From assembly GCA_022866185.1 (NCBI GenBank), contig JALHUG010000013.1, positions 1 to 45,527 on the forward strand: DNA of 45,527 bases, read 5' to 3'. This document shows, piece by piece, positions 9,857-19,480 of the stretch. Under the pieces are notes generated by a model. It was given only the letters and a program-made list of their open reading frames with translations, searched no databases and was not told the DNA's origin. Every line of letters starts with the position of its first letter. Position 1 is the stretch's first letter. The translations under genes and the position numbers were made by a program. This DNA comes from Dehalococcoidia bacterium (GTDB lineage: Bacteria; Chloroflexota; Dehalococcoidia; SM23-28-2).

Positions 9857-11134
9857 CTACGCGCTTGTCTTCTCCTTCACGAATTCCTGAACATAGGACA
9901 CTATGGCTTTCCTCTGCTCGCTGCCGATGCCGTGGTGGTTGCCGAACAAGAAGGCCTTGCGGTGAATGAGCCGGGCGTTGGGCAGGTCGCCCACCTTGCG
10001 GTAAGGAAAGAGGCGCATGGCTGGCTGCTCATCCATGTTGCCGGCCATGATGGGCCTTGTCTCCACCCCTTTGGCTTCCAGGTGATCCATCAGCTCCTCG
10101 CGGCTGAAAGGGGCGTCAGGGAGCACCATGATCGGGTAGCCGAACCAGGCATGCCTTGTGCCTTCGGCCTCTTGGTGCACACGGAGGTGTGGCAGCGCCC
10201 CCAGTTCTCTGCTCCAGTAGCGGGCGTTCTCCCGCCTCACCTCAACATAGCGCTCCAGCTTCCCCATCTGGTGAATACCGAAGGCCCCTTGTATCTCCAT
10301 GGGCCGGAAGTTGTAGCCGGTGCTGACAAAAAGATAGCGCGGATCCACTTCTGGATGCTGCAGCGCGATCACATCCTTAGCACTGAGATCCCGGACCCAG
10401 CCGAAAACTCGGAGAGATCGGGCCAGCTCAGCGTACTCGTCGTTGTTGGTCAGTAACATGCCGCCCTCGATCGTGGCGATATGGTGGCTGAAGAAGAAGC
10501 TGAAGGTGGCGAAGTCGCCGAAGCTGCCTACCTTCCGACCGTGATACTCAGCGCCGTGGGCCTCGCAGGAGTCCTCGATGACTAGGAGGTTGTGGCGGCG
10601 GGCAATGGCCATGATCCTATCCATATCGCACGGGTTGCCCATGAGATGGACCAGCAGAATAGCGCGAGTCCTTGGAGTTATGGCCTTCTCGACCTCCTCC
10701 GGGATCAAATCGAACGTATTCAGGTCCACATCCACTAGGACGGGCACAAGCCCCACATTCGCGATGGGGAAGACAGCGGTGGCCCAGGTGACCGCCGGGG
10801 TTATCACCTCATCCCCTGGCTGGAGGTGTCCTGCCAGTAGAGGACTGGCGAGAACTGACAAGGCCAGCAAGTTGGCGCTTGAGCCGGAGTTCACCATCAC
10901 CGCATGTTTGACGCCGACATACTCGGCGAACATGCTCTCGAACCGCCGCACCTTCTTCCCCATGGTCACCTGGGTGGAGAGCAGGCTTTCCAGCGCCTCC
11001 CAGACCTCTTCCCATCCGAAAGTTGGTACGCTGAGCTGGATTCGGGTGTGTCCTGGCACGAAGGGCGACCCGTTTTGCTGGGCCCAGTGCTGTTGAATAA
11101 GCTTCTTCAACGACCCATCTATCGTTTCCGTCAT
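9857..11134 (-). CDS. colD: PLP/PMP-dependent sugar 3-dehydratase of the DegT family, ColD-like (GDP-4-keto-6-deoxy-D-mannose 3-dehydratase)
   Basis: It has the DegT fold motifs ([34 protein letters not shown]). At the position of the Schiff-base Lys it has [15 protein letters not shown], with His in place of Lys as I recall for ColD and E1 dehydratases. An ATGA overlap joins it to the fcl-like gene, which follows gmd. The symbol rests on memory of ColD and needs an alignment. Confidence 0.65.
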   Translation of the reverse strand: MTETIDGSLKKLIQQHWAQQNGSPFVPGHTRIQLSVPTFGWEEVWEALESLLSTQVTMGKKVRRFESMFAEYVGVKHAVMVNSGSSANLLALSVLASPLLAGHLQPGDEVITPAVTWATAVFPIANVGLVPVLVDVDLNTFDLIPEEVEKAITPRTRAILLVHLMGNPCDMDRIMAIARRHNLLVIEDSCEAHGAEYHGRKVGSFGDFATFSFFFSHHIATIEGGMLLTNNDEYAELARSLRVFGWVRDLSAKDVIALQHPEVDPRYLFVSTGYNFRPMEIQGAFGIHQMGKLERYVEVRRENARYWSRELGALPHLRVHQEAEGTRHAWFGYPIMVLPDAPFSREELMDHLEAKGVETRPIMAGNMDEQPAMRLFPYRKVGDLPNARLIHRKAFLFGNHHGIGSEQRKAIVSYVQEFVKEKTSA

Positions 11135-12108
11135 AGTGCTCGCTCCTCAACGCCTTTCCGAGGCTTGGCCCGTCGCCTTTGGTCCAGATACCATTCGATG
11201 GTGCAGCGGAGGCCTTCGCGCAGCTCCGTTTTGGCTTTGAAGGCGAACTCCTTTTCTGCTCGGCTGGTGTCTAGACAGCGACGAGGCTGGCCTTCGGGCT
11301 TGGTGGCGTCCCACACAATTCTTCCGTCGAACCCGGCAAGCTCGGCGATAAGGGTCACCAAGTCCCTGATGGCTATTTCCCTGCCCGAGCCGATGTTGAC
11401 TGGCTCCGGCCTATCGTACTTTTCCGTCGCCAGAACAATGCCCTCAGCCGCGTCTTCCACGTAGATGAACTCGCGGGAAGCGTTGCCGGTGCCCCAGACC
11501 TCGATCTCGCCTCTCCCCTCCTCGACGGCATCGACGCACTTCTTGATAAGGGCAGGGATTACGTGGGAGGTCGCCGGGGCGAAATTGTCACCAGGGCCGT
11601 ACAGATTGATCGGGAGAAGGTAGATGGCGTTCAACCCGTACTGTTGGCGATAGGCCTGCGCCTGAACAAGGAGCATCTTCTTGGCAAGTCCATACGGAGC
11701 ATTGGTCTCCTCTGGATAGCCCGCCCAGAGATGTTCTTCCTTGAATGGAACCGGCGTCAATTTGGGATAGGCGCAGACGCTGCCTATGGCGACCAACTTC
11801 TCCACTCCGTGGAGCCGCGCCTGGTCCATGACCTGCAGACCCATGATGAGGTTGTCATGGAGTAGCTCTCCAGGCTTCTCCCTGTTCAGGCCGATGCCTC
11901 CGGCCTTGGCCGCCAAGTGCATGACGACTTCCGGGCGAGCATCGTTGTACATCCTCACGACGTCTGCCATCCTGGTCAGGTCGTACTCGGCGCTGCGGGG
12001 GACGAAGATATCGCGACAACCCATGTCCTGCAGCTTCCCGACCACGTAGCCTCCCAGGAAGCCCGCACCTCCCGTTACAGCGATCCTCTTGCTCGCTAGC
12101 CAACTCAC
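11131..12108 (-). CDS. GDP-4-keto-6-deoxyhexose epimerase/reductase (GDP-L-fucose synthase Fcl family; possibly GDP-L-colitose synthase ColC)
   Basis: Start set at GTG 12108, which overlaps the gmd stop (GTGA), giving 325 aa. It has the SDR motif [10 protein letters not shown] and PYGLAKK (YxxxK). Layout matches the Fcl/WcaG family. Confidence 0.8.
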   Translation of the reverse strand: MSWLASKRIAVTGGAGFLGGYVVGKLQDMGCRDIFVPRSAEYDLTRMADVVRMYNDARPEVVMHLAAKAGGIGLNREKPGELLHDNLIMGLQVMDQARLHGVEKLVAIGSVCAYPKLTPVPFKEEHLWAGYPEETNAPYGLAKKMLLVQAQAYRQQYGLNAIYLLPINLYGPGDNFAPATSHVIPALIKKCVDAVEEGRGEIEVWGTGNASREFIYVEDAAEGIVLATEKYDRPEPVNIGSGREIAIRDLVTLIAELAGFDGRIVWDATKPEGQPRRCLDTSRAEKEFAFKAKTELREGLRCTIEWYLDQRRRAKPRKGVEERAL

Positions 12109-13178
12109 AAACGTGGCCTCATCTGTGTTGCCGCCGCAAGCGGGGAAAGGAAAGCATACCCGCATTTGCTGAGGATGGCTTTGCCTTCTCCGGGAGGCTG
12201 CAGGCCCTCAGCCTCCATGTCGACATCCACCATGATGCGCACCAGGTCCTTGAAGGTGACCCTGGGACTCCAGCCTAGCTCGTTGCGAGCCCTTGTCGCG
12301 TCCGCCACGAGTATGTCCGTCTCGGTAGGCCGGAAATAGCGGGGGTCGATCCGCACGTGCTCTCGCGGATCCAATCCTACGTACGCAAAGGCTTCCGCGA
12401 GGAAGTCCTGGACCGAATGGCACTCGCCGGTGCCGATAACGTAGTCTTGCGGCTGATCCTGCTGGAGCATGAGCCACATAGCCTCCGTGTACTCGGGAGT
12501 GTAGCCCCAATCCCGCCTCGCGTTCAGGTTGCCCAAGTAGAGGTAGCGTTGGCGGCCCGCCAATATCTGAGCAATGGCGCGAGTGGTCTTGCGGGTCACG
12601 AAGGTCTCGCCCCGACGTGGCGACTCGTGGTTGAACAGGATACCGTTGCAGGCAAAGAGGCCATACGCTTCGCGGTAGTTGACGGTAGCCCAGAAGGCGT
12701 ATACCTTGGCTGCCGCGTAGGGGCTGCGTGGCTGGAAAGGGCTTTGCTCATTCTGAGGGGCAGGCGCCTGCCCGAACATTTCGCTACTGGAGGCCTGATA
12801 GAACCGAGCCTTCACTCCGCTCCTTCTCAGCGCCTCCAGAATCCGGATGGTCCCGAGGCCCGTTCTGTCGCCGGTGTACTCCGGGATGTCGAAGCTGACC
12901 CTAACGTGGCTCTGGGCCCCCAAGTGGTAGATCTCATCCGGCTGGATTTCGTAGATCAGGTGGGTCAACTGGTTGCTGTCGGACAGGTCGCCGTAGTGAA
13001 GAAAGAGCCTGACCATCGTCTCATGCGGGTCTACGAAGAGATGGTCGATGCGATAGGTGTTGAAGGTGCTGGCTTTTCTGATAAGGCCATGAACTTCGTA
13101 GCCCTTGGCCAAGAGGAGTTCGGCCAGATAGGAGCCGTCTTGCCCTGTGATGCCCGTGATGAAGGCTTTCCTAGCCAT
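12105..13178 (-). CDS. gmd: GDP-mannose 4,6-dehydratase
   Basis: Start set at ATG 13178, preceded by GAGGAGGGAGGA. It has [38 protein letters not shown] and [17 protein letters not shown], all hallmark Gmd motifs. Confidence 0.9.
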   Translation of the reverse strand: MARKAFITGITGQDGSYLAELLLAKGYEVHGLIRKASTFNTYRIDHLFVDPHETMVRLFLHYGDLSDSNQLTHLIYEIQPDEIYHLGAQSHVRVSFDIPEYTGDRTGLGTIRILEALRRSGVKARFYQASSSEMFGQAPAPQNEQSPFQPRSPYAAAKVYAFWATVNYREAYGLFACNGILFNHESPRRGETFVTRKTTRAIAQILAGRQRYLYLGNLNARRDWGYTPEYTEAMWLMLQQDQPQDYVIGTGECHSVQDFLAEAFAYVGLDPREHVRIDPRYFRPTETDILVADATRARNELGWSPRVTFKDLVRIMVDVDMEAEGLQPPGEGKAILSKCGYAFLSPLAAATQMRPRL

Positions 13179-14172
13179 TCGTCCTCCCTCCTCGTCCTGC
13201 CGATCCACTGTTTGCAGGTTGGGCGTCCTGTATCCCGGCCGCCTTGATTTGCCTGAAGCGCCATCTTCCCACTGCATGCCCGACCCCCACCGCTGAAATG
13301 CACGCCACAATAGCCGCCGCCTGGGTCAGCTCTGACAGGCGCCAGAATCGCACCAACCGCGAGGGAAGTGCCCGGAATAGGAGGTGCCGTAGGTAGGCGC
13401 TCTCGGTGGAAAGCGGCCTTACGCCATGGGCCCGGGCCAACTGCTCGATGCGCGCTTTGCAGAGCCCTTCCTCATACGAGCGCTTAAGGAAGTATCTCCA
13501 CGTTCCGCGGGCTGGCCGTACCTTGTGGCGGATGACGGATGCTGGTTCATAGACGATCGTTGCTCGGGGCACTCGTCGCTTGAGGCGAAGGCAGAGCTCT
13601 GCTTCCTCGCCGGCCTGCCCATCGTTCGCGACGCGCCCCAACGAGCCGTCAAACCAGCCGACGGAGGTGAACACCTCTCGCCGGAAGCACATATTGTGTC
13701 CGTGGGGGTTGCGCACGTCGGTACGCTTCGGTGGGAGCCACGTGAAACCGCCGCCCACCGTCCAGTCCAGATCCTCGGGGAGCCAAGGCGGACGGCCCTC
13801 GACCCAATCGAGAACAGCCCGCCCCCCGGCGGCATGCACCTCTGGGTCTTCGAACGCGGCTATCAGGTTGGCAAGCCAGCCGGCCTCTGCCACAGCATCG
13901 TCGTCCAGGAAAGCCACCAAGTCTCCTTGCGCAGCGGCAATGCCAACATTGCGCGTCGCCGACAGCCCCTTCGCTCCGGCGTTCAGGACGACCCTGATGG
14001 GCTCACCGAAATCACTTCGCAGGCATTCGTAGAGGTCACGATTGCTGTCCACCGCCAGGACGATTTGCTCTGGTGGGCGAGTCTGCCGCTGCACTGACGC
14101 CACAGCCTCTCGCATATCCCGAAGCCGCTCCTGGGTGTAGCAGCAAATGATGACCGAGACAGTTGGGCTCAT
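13171..14172 (-). CDS. glycosyltransferase family 2
   Basis: [20 protein letters not shown] and FLDDDAVA (DxD) indicate a GT-A fold. Its stop overlaps the gmd start by 8 nt. Confidence 0.85.
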   Translation of the reverse strand: MSPTVSVIICCYTQERLRDMREAVASVQRQTRPPEQIVLAVDSNRDLYECLRSDFGEPIRVVLNAGAKGLSATRNVGIAAAQGDLVAFLDDDAVAEAGWLANLIAAFEDPEVHAAGGRAVLDWVEGRPPWLPEDLDWTVGGGFTWLPPKRTDVRNPHGHNMCFRREVFTSVGWFDGSLGRVANDGQAGEEAELCLRLKRRVPRATIVYEPASVIRHKVRPARGTWRYFLKRSYEEGLCKARIEQLARAHGVRPLSTESAYLRHLLFRALPSRLVRFWRLSELTQAAAIVACISAVGVGHAVGRWRFRQIKAAGIQDAQPANSGSAGRGGRTNG

Positions 14173-14184
14173 GGTGACCTCCCG

Positions 14185-15408
14185 CTAGGGCCCACCTGCG
14201 TCAGGCTCGTTCCGGGCGCGTAACTCACCGGCGAAGATGGACAGAAACACCGCGGAATAAGCCACCTGAAATCCCAAGACAGCCAGGAATGCCCCAAGTA
14301 CGAGTGCCTTGGTCTCAGCGAACACGCCAAGGCCGTGGGCGAACCAGTCTCCCGCCAGGAACGCCTGTAAGACGACACCGACGGCTAGTAGGGTTATTCC
14401 GAGCAAGGCCATGTTGCGAGCCATGTTCGGTCGCAGAAACACCTGGGCGGGGAAGGCGTTCCGCGTGAACCTGTGTGCTAAGGCATAAAGGCTAAGACCG
14501 AAGCCGAACACTGCGAGATGAAAGCCCGCTAGAGAGAGCATGGCCGCCAGGACGAAGGTGTGGGTGCCTAGACCGGCCTCGCCGGCGGAGGCCGGGGCGG
14601 CCATTAGAGCGGCCATCAGCCCTACGCCAACCGAGAATAGAAGAACGCCGGGCAGGATGAGGGCGACAGCCGGGTTGTACAGGGCGAGCATTCTGAGTAT
14701 CGTCTGGAAGATCTGATAGCCATCCTGAAGGCCCCGCAGCTTGGCTTCGCCGACCCGGGGACGGTACTCGATAGGGATATCCAAGATGCGCAGCCCCATG
14801 CGAGCCGCCTTGATGGCTATCTCAGCCTCGATGCAGAAGCCGTCCGAGTCGAGGCGCATCTTGTCTAGATGCGTCTTCTTGATGCCATAGAAACCCGTGA
14901 GGGGGTCGTGGGCGTTGAAGCCGTACAGATGCCTGATCGCGCCTCGAAATATCGCATTGCCTACACGGTTGAAAGACGGTCTCTGTTCCTTGCCCCTTCT
15001 TCGCGAGCCGATAACCATGTCAGCCTTGCCCAGACTGTTGGCCATGCGGGGGAGCAGCTCGATCGGGTAGGTGTCGTCGGCGTCGATGAAGATGAGGTGC
15101 TCGCCGCGAGCTACCTTCATGCCTGTCTTGATCGCCTGGGCCTTCCCGCGGTTGGAAGCGTGGGACACGACCTTACAGGGGAAGGCGGCGGCCACATCGC
15201 GGGTGCCATCGGTCGAGCCGTCATCGATGACAATCACCTCGTATGTTTCGTCGAGGAGAGGGAACAGCTTCCCGAGCACGATCGGCAGCCCTTCCTCCTC
15301 GTTGTAGGCGGGGATAATGACGCTGGTGCGAGGCGCAGGCCCATCTATGGCTCCGCGCTCTCTGCGCGGTTCGCGCTTCTCCAGGGCGGTTCCGACTTCA
15401 GTGCGCAT
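14185..15408 (-). CDS. GT2 polyprenyl-phosphate glycosyltransferase (DPM1/GtrB-like) with C-terminal TM helices
   Basis: Start set at ATG 15408. It has SVIIPAYNEEEGL, VIVIDDGSTDGT and IFIDADDTYP, followed by about 4 hydrophobic helices. This architecture is typical of lipid-phosphate sugar synthases. Confidence 0.7.
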   Translation of the reverse strand: MRTEVGTALEKREPRRERGAIDGPAPRTSVIIPAYNEEEGLPIVLGKLFPLLDETYEVIVIDDGSTDGTRDVAAAFPCKVVSHASNRGKAQAIKTGMKVARGEHLIFIDADDTYPIELLPRMANSLGKADMVIGSRRRGKEQRPSFNRVGNAIFRGAIRHLYGFNAHDPLTGFYGIKKTHLDKMRLDSDGFCIEAEIAIKAARMGLRILDIPIEYRPRVGEAKLRGLQDGYQIFQTILRMLALYNPAVALILPGVLLFSVGVGLMAALMAAPASAGEAGLGTHTFVLAAMLSLAGFHLAVFGFGLSLYALAHRFTRNAFPAQVFLRPNMARNMALLGITLLAVGVVLQAFLAGDWFAHGLGVFAETKALVLGAFLAVLGFQVAYSAVFLSIFAGELRARNEPDAGGP

Positions 15409-15442
15409 GGTAGCTCCCCACCAGGTGGCGTCCCTCCCCCAT

Positions 15443-17410
15443 CTAGCGACGCGGCCCGTATCTGATGACCACCTCGCGGTCCTCACGCAGATCGGTCACG
15501 ATTCGGTTTGGGTTGCCTTCCAACTGCTCGCCATCGACCTCGGTGGAGACAATCTTCAGCCCAGGCGGCGGGTGGATGGTGATGGTAAGAGGAATCGCTC
15601 GCGTTCCAGGCTGCTTCTGGACGAATAGGTGGTACTCATGGAAGTTCTCGCCCATGTCCGCGACCGAAGGGACGGCGTACGTAAAGGCGATCTCTTTGTT
15701 CGCGTCCAGGGGCAGCAGGAAGAAGCGGGCGAGAATGGCCTTTCCGCCTTCAGACCAGGTGTCCTCTGCCCCCGCCGGCGTTCCCTGCTCTGCTACCTGT
15801 GTGAGGCTCGTGTCCTCTGGCACCAGCAGGCGTAGGTAGTCGCCATACAGCGAGAGGGAACCGTCGCCGATAACAATCCCCGCTAGCTGGGGGTCCTTTC
15901 CCTCAGACCAGGCTGAGTAGTCGTTTGCATAGGCTACGGTGACCACGTTGGTGGCGTTTCCTTGCGCATCGATGCTGACATCCATGTCGATGCGCGGCTC
16001 TACCACGAGATTGAGCTTTGTGCTCCGCAGGCTGGAATCGACCACCATGAGATAGTCGCCTTCCACCTCTTCGAGGCCGCCATCCCAGCCGAAGTCCGCG
16101 ATGAGCCGCTGCACCGCTGGATCAGTGTGGTACAGGAGCAGGTTCTTCTCTTGTCCCACAGTGCGAAGGGCGCTCAGCATCGATGCCCACTTGGAGGGCC
16201 CGGCCGTGAGCGTGCTGGCGATGACGTCCTGAGCCAGATAGCCCACGAAGTCATAGCGGTCAGTCTCCCAAGGCCTGGTACCTTGGGGATGCGTTATGAT
16301 AAGGGTCTGCTCAATGACGTCCTGACTTGTAACGGTCGTGTCATATTCCTCGACCGTCATCGGTCCGAGCACCTCCAGCAGCTTCTCGAGGGTCAGGAAG
16401 TTGACGCCGATGACTCCGTCGATGGGCTTCTGAGTGCCGCTATTGGTGTGGTATATCTCAATCGCGTTTTGAGCAGCCGTCGGGAAGTCTGGCCACCAGC
16501 TCGCCTCGGCCAGCCCCATCGGCCAGTCGTGCAGGAGATAGGTTTGCAGGGGCCGCGGAGGGTCGATGTAGCCGTCCGTCAGCGGAGGCCAGTTCGGGTT
16601 GATGCTCCCAACGTCGTCGAAGGAGAGCTGCTCCAGTCTTCCGTTGTCAAAGGTGAGGAATCCATAGACCAGTATGAAACCGCCCGTGCCCAGGATCTCG
16701 GTGTTGTCATGGGCCAGAACCAGATACGTTTGAGGGCCATCATAGCCGAGGACTTTGGGCGCCATGGCTGTTGCCCGCCTATAGTCCACGAGGCGGGCCT
16801 CCAGCTCTTCGATATGATCATCCAGTTGGTCGACCGCTGAGCTGAGGGGAGCGAGCAGGCCGTCGTCAGCTATGTGTCCGCGTCTCTCCTGAACCGCGGC
16901 GAGCTTCTCATCAATGACGGCCACGTTAGGCTCGACGGCTTCCAGGACTGGCACGACCCTCTCTGATAGCGTTCCCCCCTGAGCATCCCTCGTCGCTTGG
17001 TATGTACGCACCGCCGCTGCAGCTTCCACACCCATGTCCGAAGCGTCGACGCCTATCGCAGCGATGTCCTTTGCCGCATCGGCCTGGCCGCCTATCCAGG
17101 GCAAACCGCTGGCGGCAAAGACCAAAGGATCTGAGCCGAGAGCGTCGGAAGCACCGGCGAGCTTCCCTCGGGCTGACTCAAAGCCTTGCGTTGCCTCGCT
17201 CAAATCCTCTGTTCCAAGGTCAAGACCCTTCTGTTCCATTAGCTCGCCGGCACCGACCAAGAGGTCCCTGCCCTCAGCCAGGTCGTTGTAGATCCGCACG
17301 TATCGATAGCCCTCCACAGCCACCATCGCCAGCAGCGCGACCAGAAGCGCAATGCCGATGATGTCGCGACTCCTCACCCATCGAAACCCCGAATGTCTCA
17401 CCGATCTCAA
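15443..17410 (-). CDS. DUF4012 domain-containing membrane-anchored protein
   Basis: It has an N-terminal TM (IIGIALLVALLAMVAV), a long coiled region, and a YLVLAHDNTEILGTGGFILVYGF motif recalled from DUF4012 proteins found beside cell-wall glycan loci. The start (TTG 17410) is uncertain. Confidence 0.6.
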   Translation of the reverse strand: MRSVRHSGFRWVRSRDIIGIALLVALLAMVAVEGYRYVRIYNDLAEGRDLLVGAGELMEQKGLDLGTEDLSEATQGFESARGKLAGASDALGSDPLVFAASGLPWIGGQADAAKDIAAIGVDASDMGVEAAAAVRTYQATRDAQGGTLSERVVPVLEAVEPNVAVIDEKLAAVQERRGHIADDGLLAPLSSAVDQLDDHIEELEARLVDYRRATAMAPKVLGYDGPQTYLVLAHDNTEILGTGGFILVYGFLTFDNGRLEQLSFDDVGSINPNWPPLTDGYIDPPRPLQTYLLHDWPMGLAEASWWPDFPTAAQNAIEIYHTNSGTQKPIDGVIGVNFLTLEKLLEVLGPMTVEEYDTTVTSQDVIEQTLIITHPQGTRPWETDRYDFVGYLAQDVIASTLTAGPSKWASMLSALRTVGQEKNLLLYHTDPAVQRLIADFGWDGGLEEVEGDYLMVVDSSLRSTKLNLVVEPRIDMDVSIDAQGNATNVVTVAYANDYSAWSEGKDPQLAGIVIGDGSLSLYGDYLRLLVPEDTSLTQVAEQGTPAGAEDTWSEGGKAILARFFLLPLDANKEIAFTYAVPSVADMGENFHEYHLFVQKQPGTRAIPLTITIHPPPGLKIVSTEVDGEQLEGNPNRIVTDLREDREVVIRYGPRR

Positions 17411-17458
17411 GCGCCGCGAGACGGCAGAACGCTGGTCCGTCCGAGAGTTGCCAGGGAG

Positions 17459-18067
17459 CTAGGAACCCCGACGCCGCCGGCCGCCTATCCCCCAGACGAA
17501 GACGGCTCCGGCCGCGAGCGCTGCGGCGCTCCAAATGGCGATGAGCGGCGCGGACCAGGATCTGCCATCGCCCGTCCCGGCTCCGGTCGAGGGAACTGCC
17601 GCCGGAGGAGTAGACTCCGGCAACACGACCGTTGGTGGCCGGACCGTCACCTGAACCTGCCCCTGACAGCACTCTGCCTCGGCCAGCACGACTATTGGGC
17701 CGGCAGCACTTCCGACACACAGTTCCGCCGCAGCCTCGCCCTTTTCGTCGGTCATCGCTGATGCCGGGCTCAGGATAGCGTCAGCCCCCGGCTGAGAAAG
17801 GATCGACATCGCGCACCCAACTTCAACTGCGGGGGTATCCTCGGCGCCCGTCACGCGACAGATGATCGGGATGCACTCACCGGTAGAGGGCGCAGCTTCA
17901 CCTGCGGAGACGAGGACGACGCACGGACACGGCGACGGATACGGCGGCGGGTAGGGTTCCTGCCCGGGCGGCGTAGCCCCTGCCGGCATCAAGGACAGCC
18001 CGAGCGCTGCCGCCAGCATGACGAATCCGATGAGGATCATCCGCGGCGTAGACGGTATGTGTACCAT
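17459..18067 (-). CDS. secreted Cys-rich Ig-like surface protein with C-terminal sortase-type sorting signal (VPSTG)
   Basis: GGAAGGAG SD before ATG 18067. It has a signal peptide, a Pro-rich linker and a Big-like middle domain. The C-terminus runs VPSTG (nt 17582-17596), then a hydrophobic helix (PLIAIWSAAALAAGAVFVWGI), then an RRRRGS tail. Confidence 0.65.
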   Translation of the reverse strand: MVHIPSTPRMILIGFVMLAAALGLSLMPAGATPPGQEPYPPPYPSPCPCVVLVSAGEAAPSTGECIPIICRVTGAEDTPAVEVGCAMSILSQPGADAILSPASAMTDEKGEAAAELCVGSAAGPIVVLAEAECCQGQVQVTVRPPTVVLPESTPPAAVPSTGAGTGDGRSWSAPLIAIWSAAALAAGAVFVWGIGGRRRRGS

Positions 18068-18491
18068 CTTGCAGCTCCTTCCTGACCAGCGGGAATGCTA
18101 CAAATAGGGGAGTGGCGACGCGCCTGAAGTTGAGGAAAAATCGGCCAACGCCTTCCTTGCGGCCCCACGCTGGCCCGCCCTAGAATAGAAAATGGCAACG
18201 GGTGTGGTCCCACGCGCCTATTGCCAGGCTCCGGCGGTGCACGCCGTCCGGGGCCTTTGTTCTTTTCCCTCAGCTATTTGCCGCTCCGGCTCAACCCCCC
18301 ATCGTAATGAGCAATCAGCACCAGGCCGTCGCCGATTCCCGCCCTTCCTTCGAGGCCGGGAGGTCCACCCCCCGGCAGTCACCGCCACACCTCGGCGTAA
18401 CGACCAAAGTTCGGCGACCAGAAGCCGTAGGCCACTTATACACCCCATCTGTATAACTTGTCAAGTGAGAGCCCGATTGGAATCTCAATAG

Positions 18492-18737
18492 CTTCTCCTC
18501 ACCGCCCAGGACTACTATTTCGGCGATGGCCTCGGCTCGACTGTTACGCTGGCCCGTGACTCAGCGTCTAATGAATTGGGCACGTACGTCTATGACGCCT
18601 TCGGGGAGGTGCGCACCACGAGCACCGCTGTGTACGCTAGCTATTGTGGGGTTCAGGGTGCTGTAGCCATCGCTTCAGGCGTGGGGGTCGAGTACGCTGC
18701 GTACACGCTCGGCTACAATCCTAGGTGTACTGCATAG
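18492..18737 (+). pseudogene. orphan Rhs/YD-repeat fragment with divergent C-terminal tip (no start codon)
   Basis: The frame opens right after TAG 18489-18491 and has no initiator. It reads DYYFGDGLGSTVTLARDSASNELGTYVYDAFGEVRTTS, which is a YD-repeat pattern. A 37-aa unrelated tail follows, ending at TAG 18735-18737. Confidence 0.6.
18603..18623 (+). repeat. 21-nt identical direct repeat (second copy at 19481-19501) inside Rhs fragments
   Basis: GGGGAGGTGCGCACCACGAGC (encoding GEVRTTS) occurs at 18603-18623 and again at 19481-19501. Confidence 0.9.
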
Positions 18738-18757
18738 CTGGTATCGGTGATCACTTC

Positions 18758-19192
18758 ATGTTCAGAACAGCGATAACGACCGACCCGAAGAGGGCCAGGC
18801 GAATGTTCGTATTGCTGGTGGCACTCGCCTTGCCGATGATCGCCATAACAGCTTGGGGGATCATTCTACGGTATTGGTTATACTGGCCCATCTGGGCGGT
18901 TGCAGTGGCAGACATGGTTGCCACTGCAATGAAGCACTACACTGTGGGTTGGCCGGGGTCGTGGCTTGACTCGTATCGCGAGTTCCCACGCATCCGCCTT
19001 TCCGCGGCTCAATGGATCCTTGCAGGTCTCGTGTTTGTGGTCGGCACAACCATTCCCCTAATAGCATTCGGCCAAGGGAAGAATGAGGTGGTCGTTGGCT
19101 TTGTCGGGCTGGTGTCCACCGTTTGGTTGTTTAGACTCCTGCGAGTCATACGGAAGGAAGGCTGGCGGGGCAGGAAGGACGGCAGGCGTTAA
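18758..19192 (+). CDS. hypothetical 4-TM membrane protein (candidate Rhs immunity protein)
   Basis: ATG 18758 within ORF 18725..19192. It has four hydrophobic helices and a basic tail, its GC is visibly lower than its surroundings, and it lies directly after an Rhs tip. The functional call is positional only. Confidence 0.45.
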   Translation: MFRTAITTDPKRARRMFVLLVALALPMIAITAWGIILRYWLYWPIWAVAVADMVATAMKHYTVGWPGSWLDSYREFPRIRLSAAQWILAGLVFVVGTTIPLIAFGQGKNEVVVGFVGLVSTVWLFRLLRVIRKEGWRGRKDGRR

Positions 19193-19206
19193 AGGATCTT
19201 TGTGCA

Positions 19207-19284
19207 TTCACCGGCGATCAGCTCGACGCCAAGGCCCGCCTATTGCAGGGCCTGTACTACCTGCGGGCGCGGTACTATGATCCG
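19207..19284 (+). pseudogene. Rhs core-end fragment (FTGDQLDAKARLLQGLYYLRARYYDP)
   Basis: This is the conserved Rhs C-terminal core motif (FTGQ..D...GLYYLRARYYDP). It has no upstream Rhs body and breaks off at the ATG of the next small ORF. Confidence 0.65.
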
Positions 19285-19467
19285 ATGAGACTAAGATACA
19301 AGACCGGATTGGCCGGCGGCCTCGGTGTCACGGCATACGTCGTCATCTATGGGGCGATCCAAGGGGTCGATCCGCTCATATTGGTTCTCGTGGCGGTTCT
19401 GGGCTTCGGCCTAGGCATCCCGGCCATGCTGCTCACGTCCTGGCTGTTCGACCGGTTCTATCGGTAG
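19285..19467 (+). CDS. hypothetical 60-aa two-TM protein fused in frame to the Rhs core-end fragment
   Basis: ATG 19285 immediately follows ...RARYYDP. It has two hydrophobic helices (GLGVTAYVVIYGAI and LILVLVAVLGFGLGIPAMLL). It could be an immunity-type gene or a short membrane-active tip. Confidence 0.4.
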   Translation: MRLRYKTGLAGGLGVTAYVVIYGAIQGVDPLILVLVAVLGFGLGIPAMLLTSWLFDRFYR

Positions 19468-19480
19468 GCATACGCGCCGC

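Noticed and set aside
12357-16840. Large antisense ORFs inside gmd, GT2 and DUF4012 genes (12357..13247, 13426..14097, 14869..15465 and 15962..16840)
   Set aside because: They lie opposite genes with strong family motifs, their own sequences have no motifs, and they show typical high-GC antisense reading-frame persistence.
18068-18491. ORFs 18192..18491, 18202..18456 and 18218..18448, and an AT-rich hairpin TTATACA-N7-TGTATAA (18436-18456), in the 424-nt gap upstream of the VPSTG gene
   Set aside because: The translations are low-complexity with no motifs and overlap one another in different frames. The region is more likely promoter or leader DNA. The hairpin alone is too weak for a functional call.
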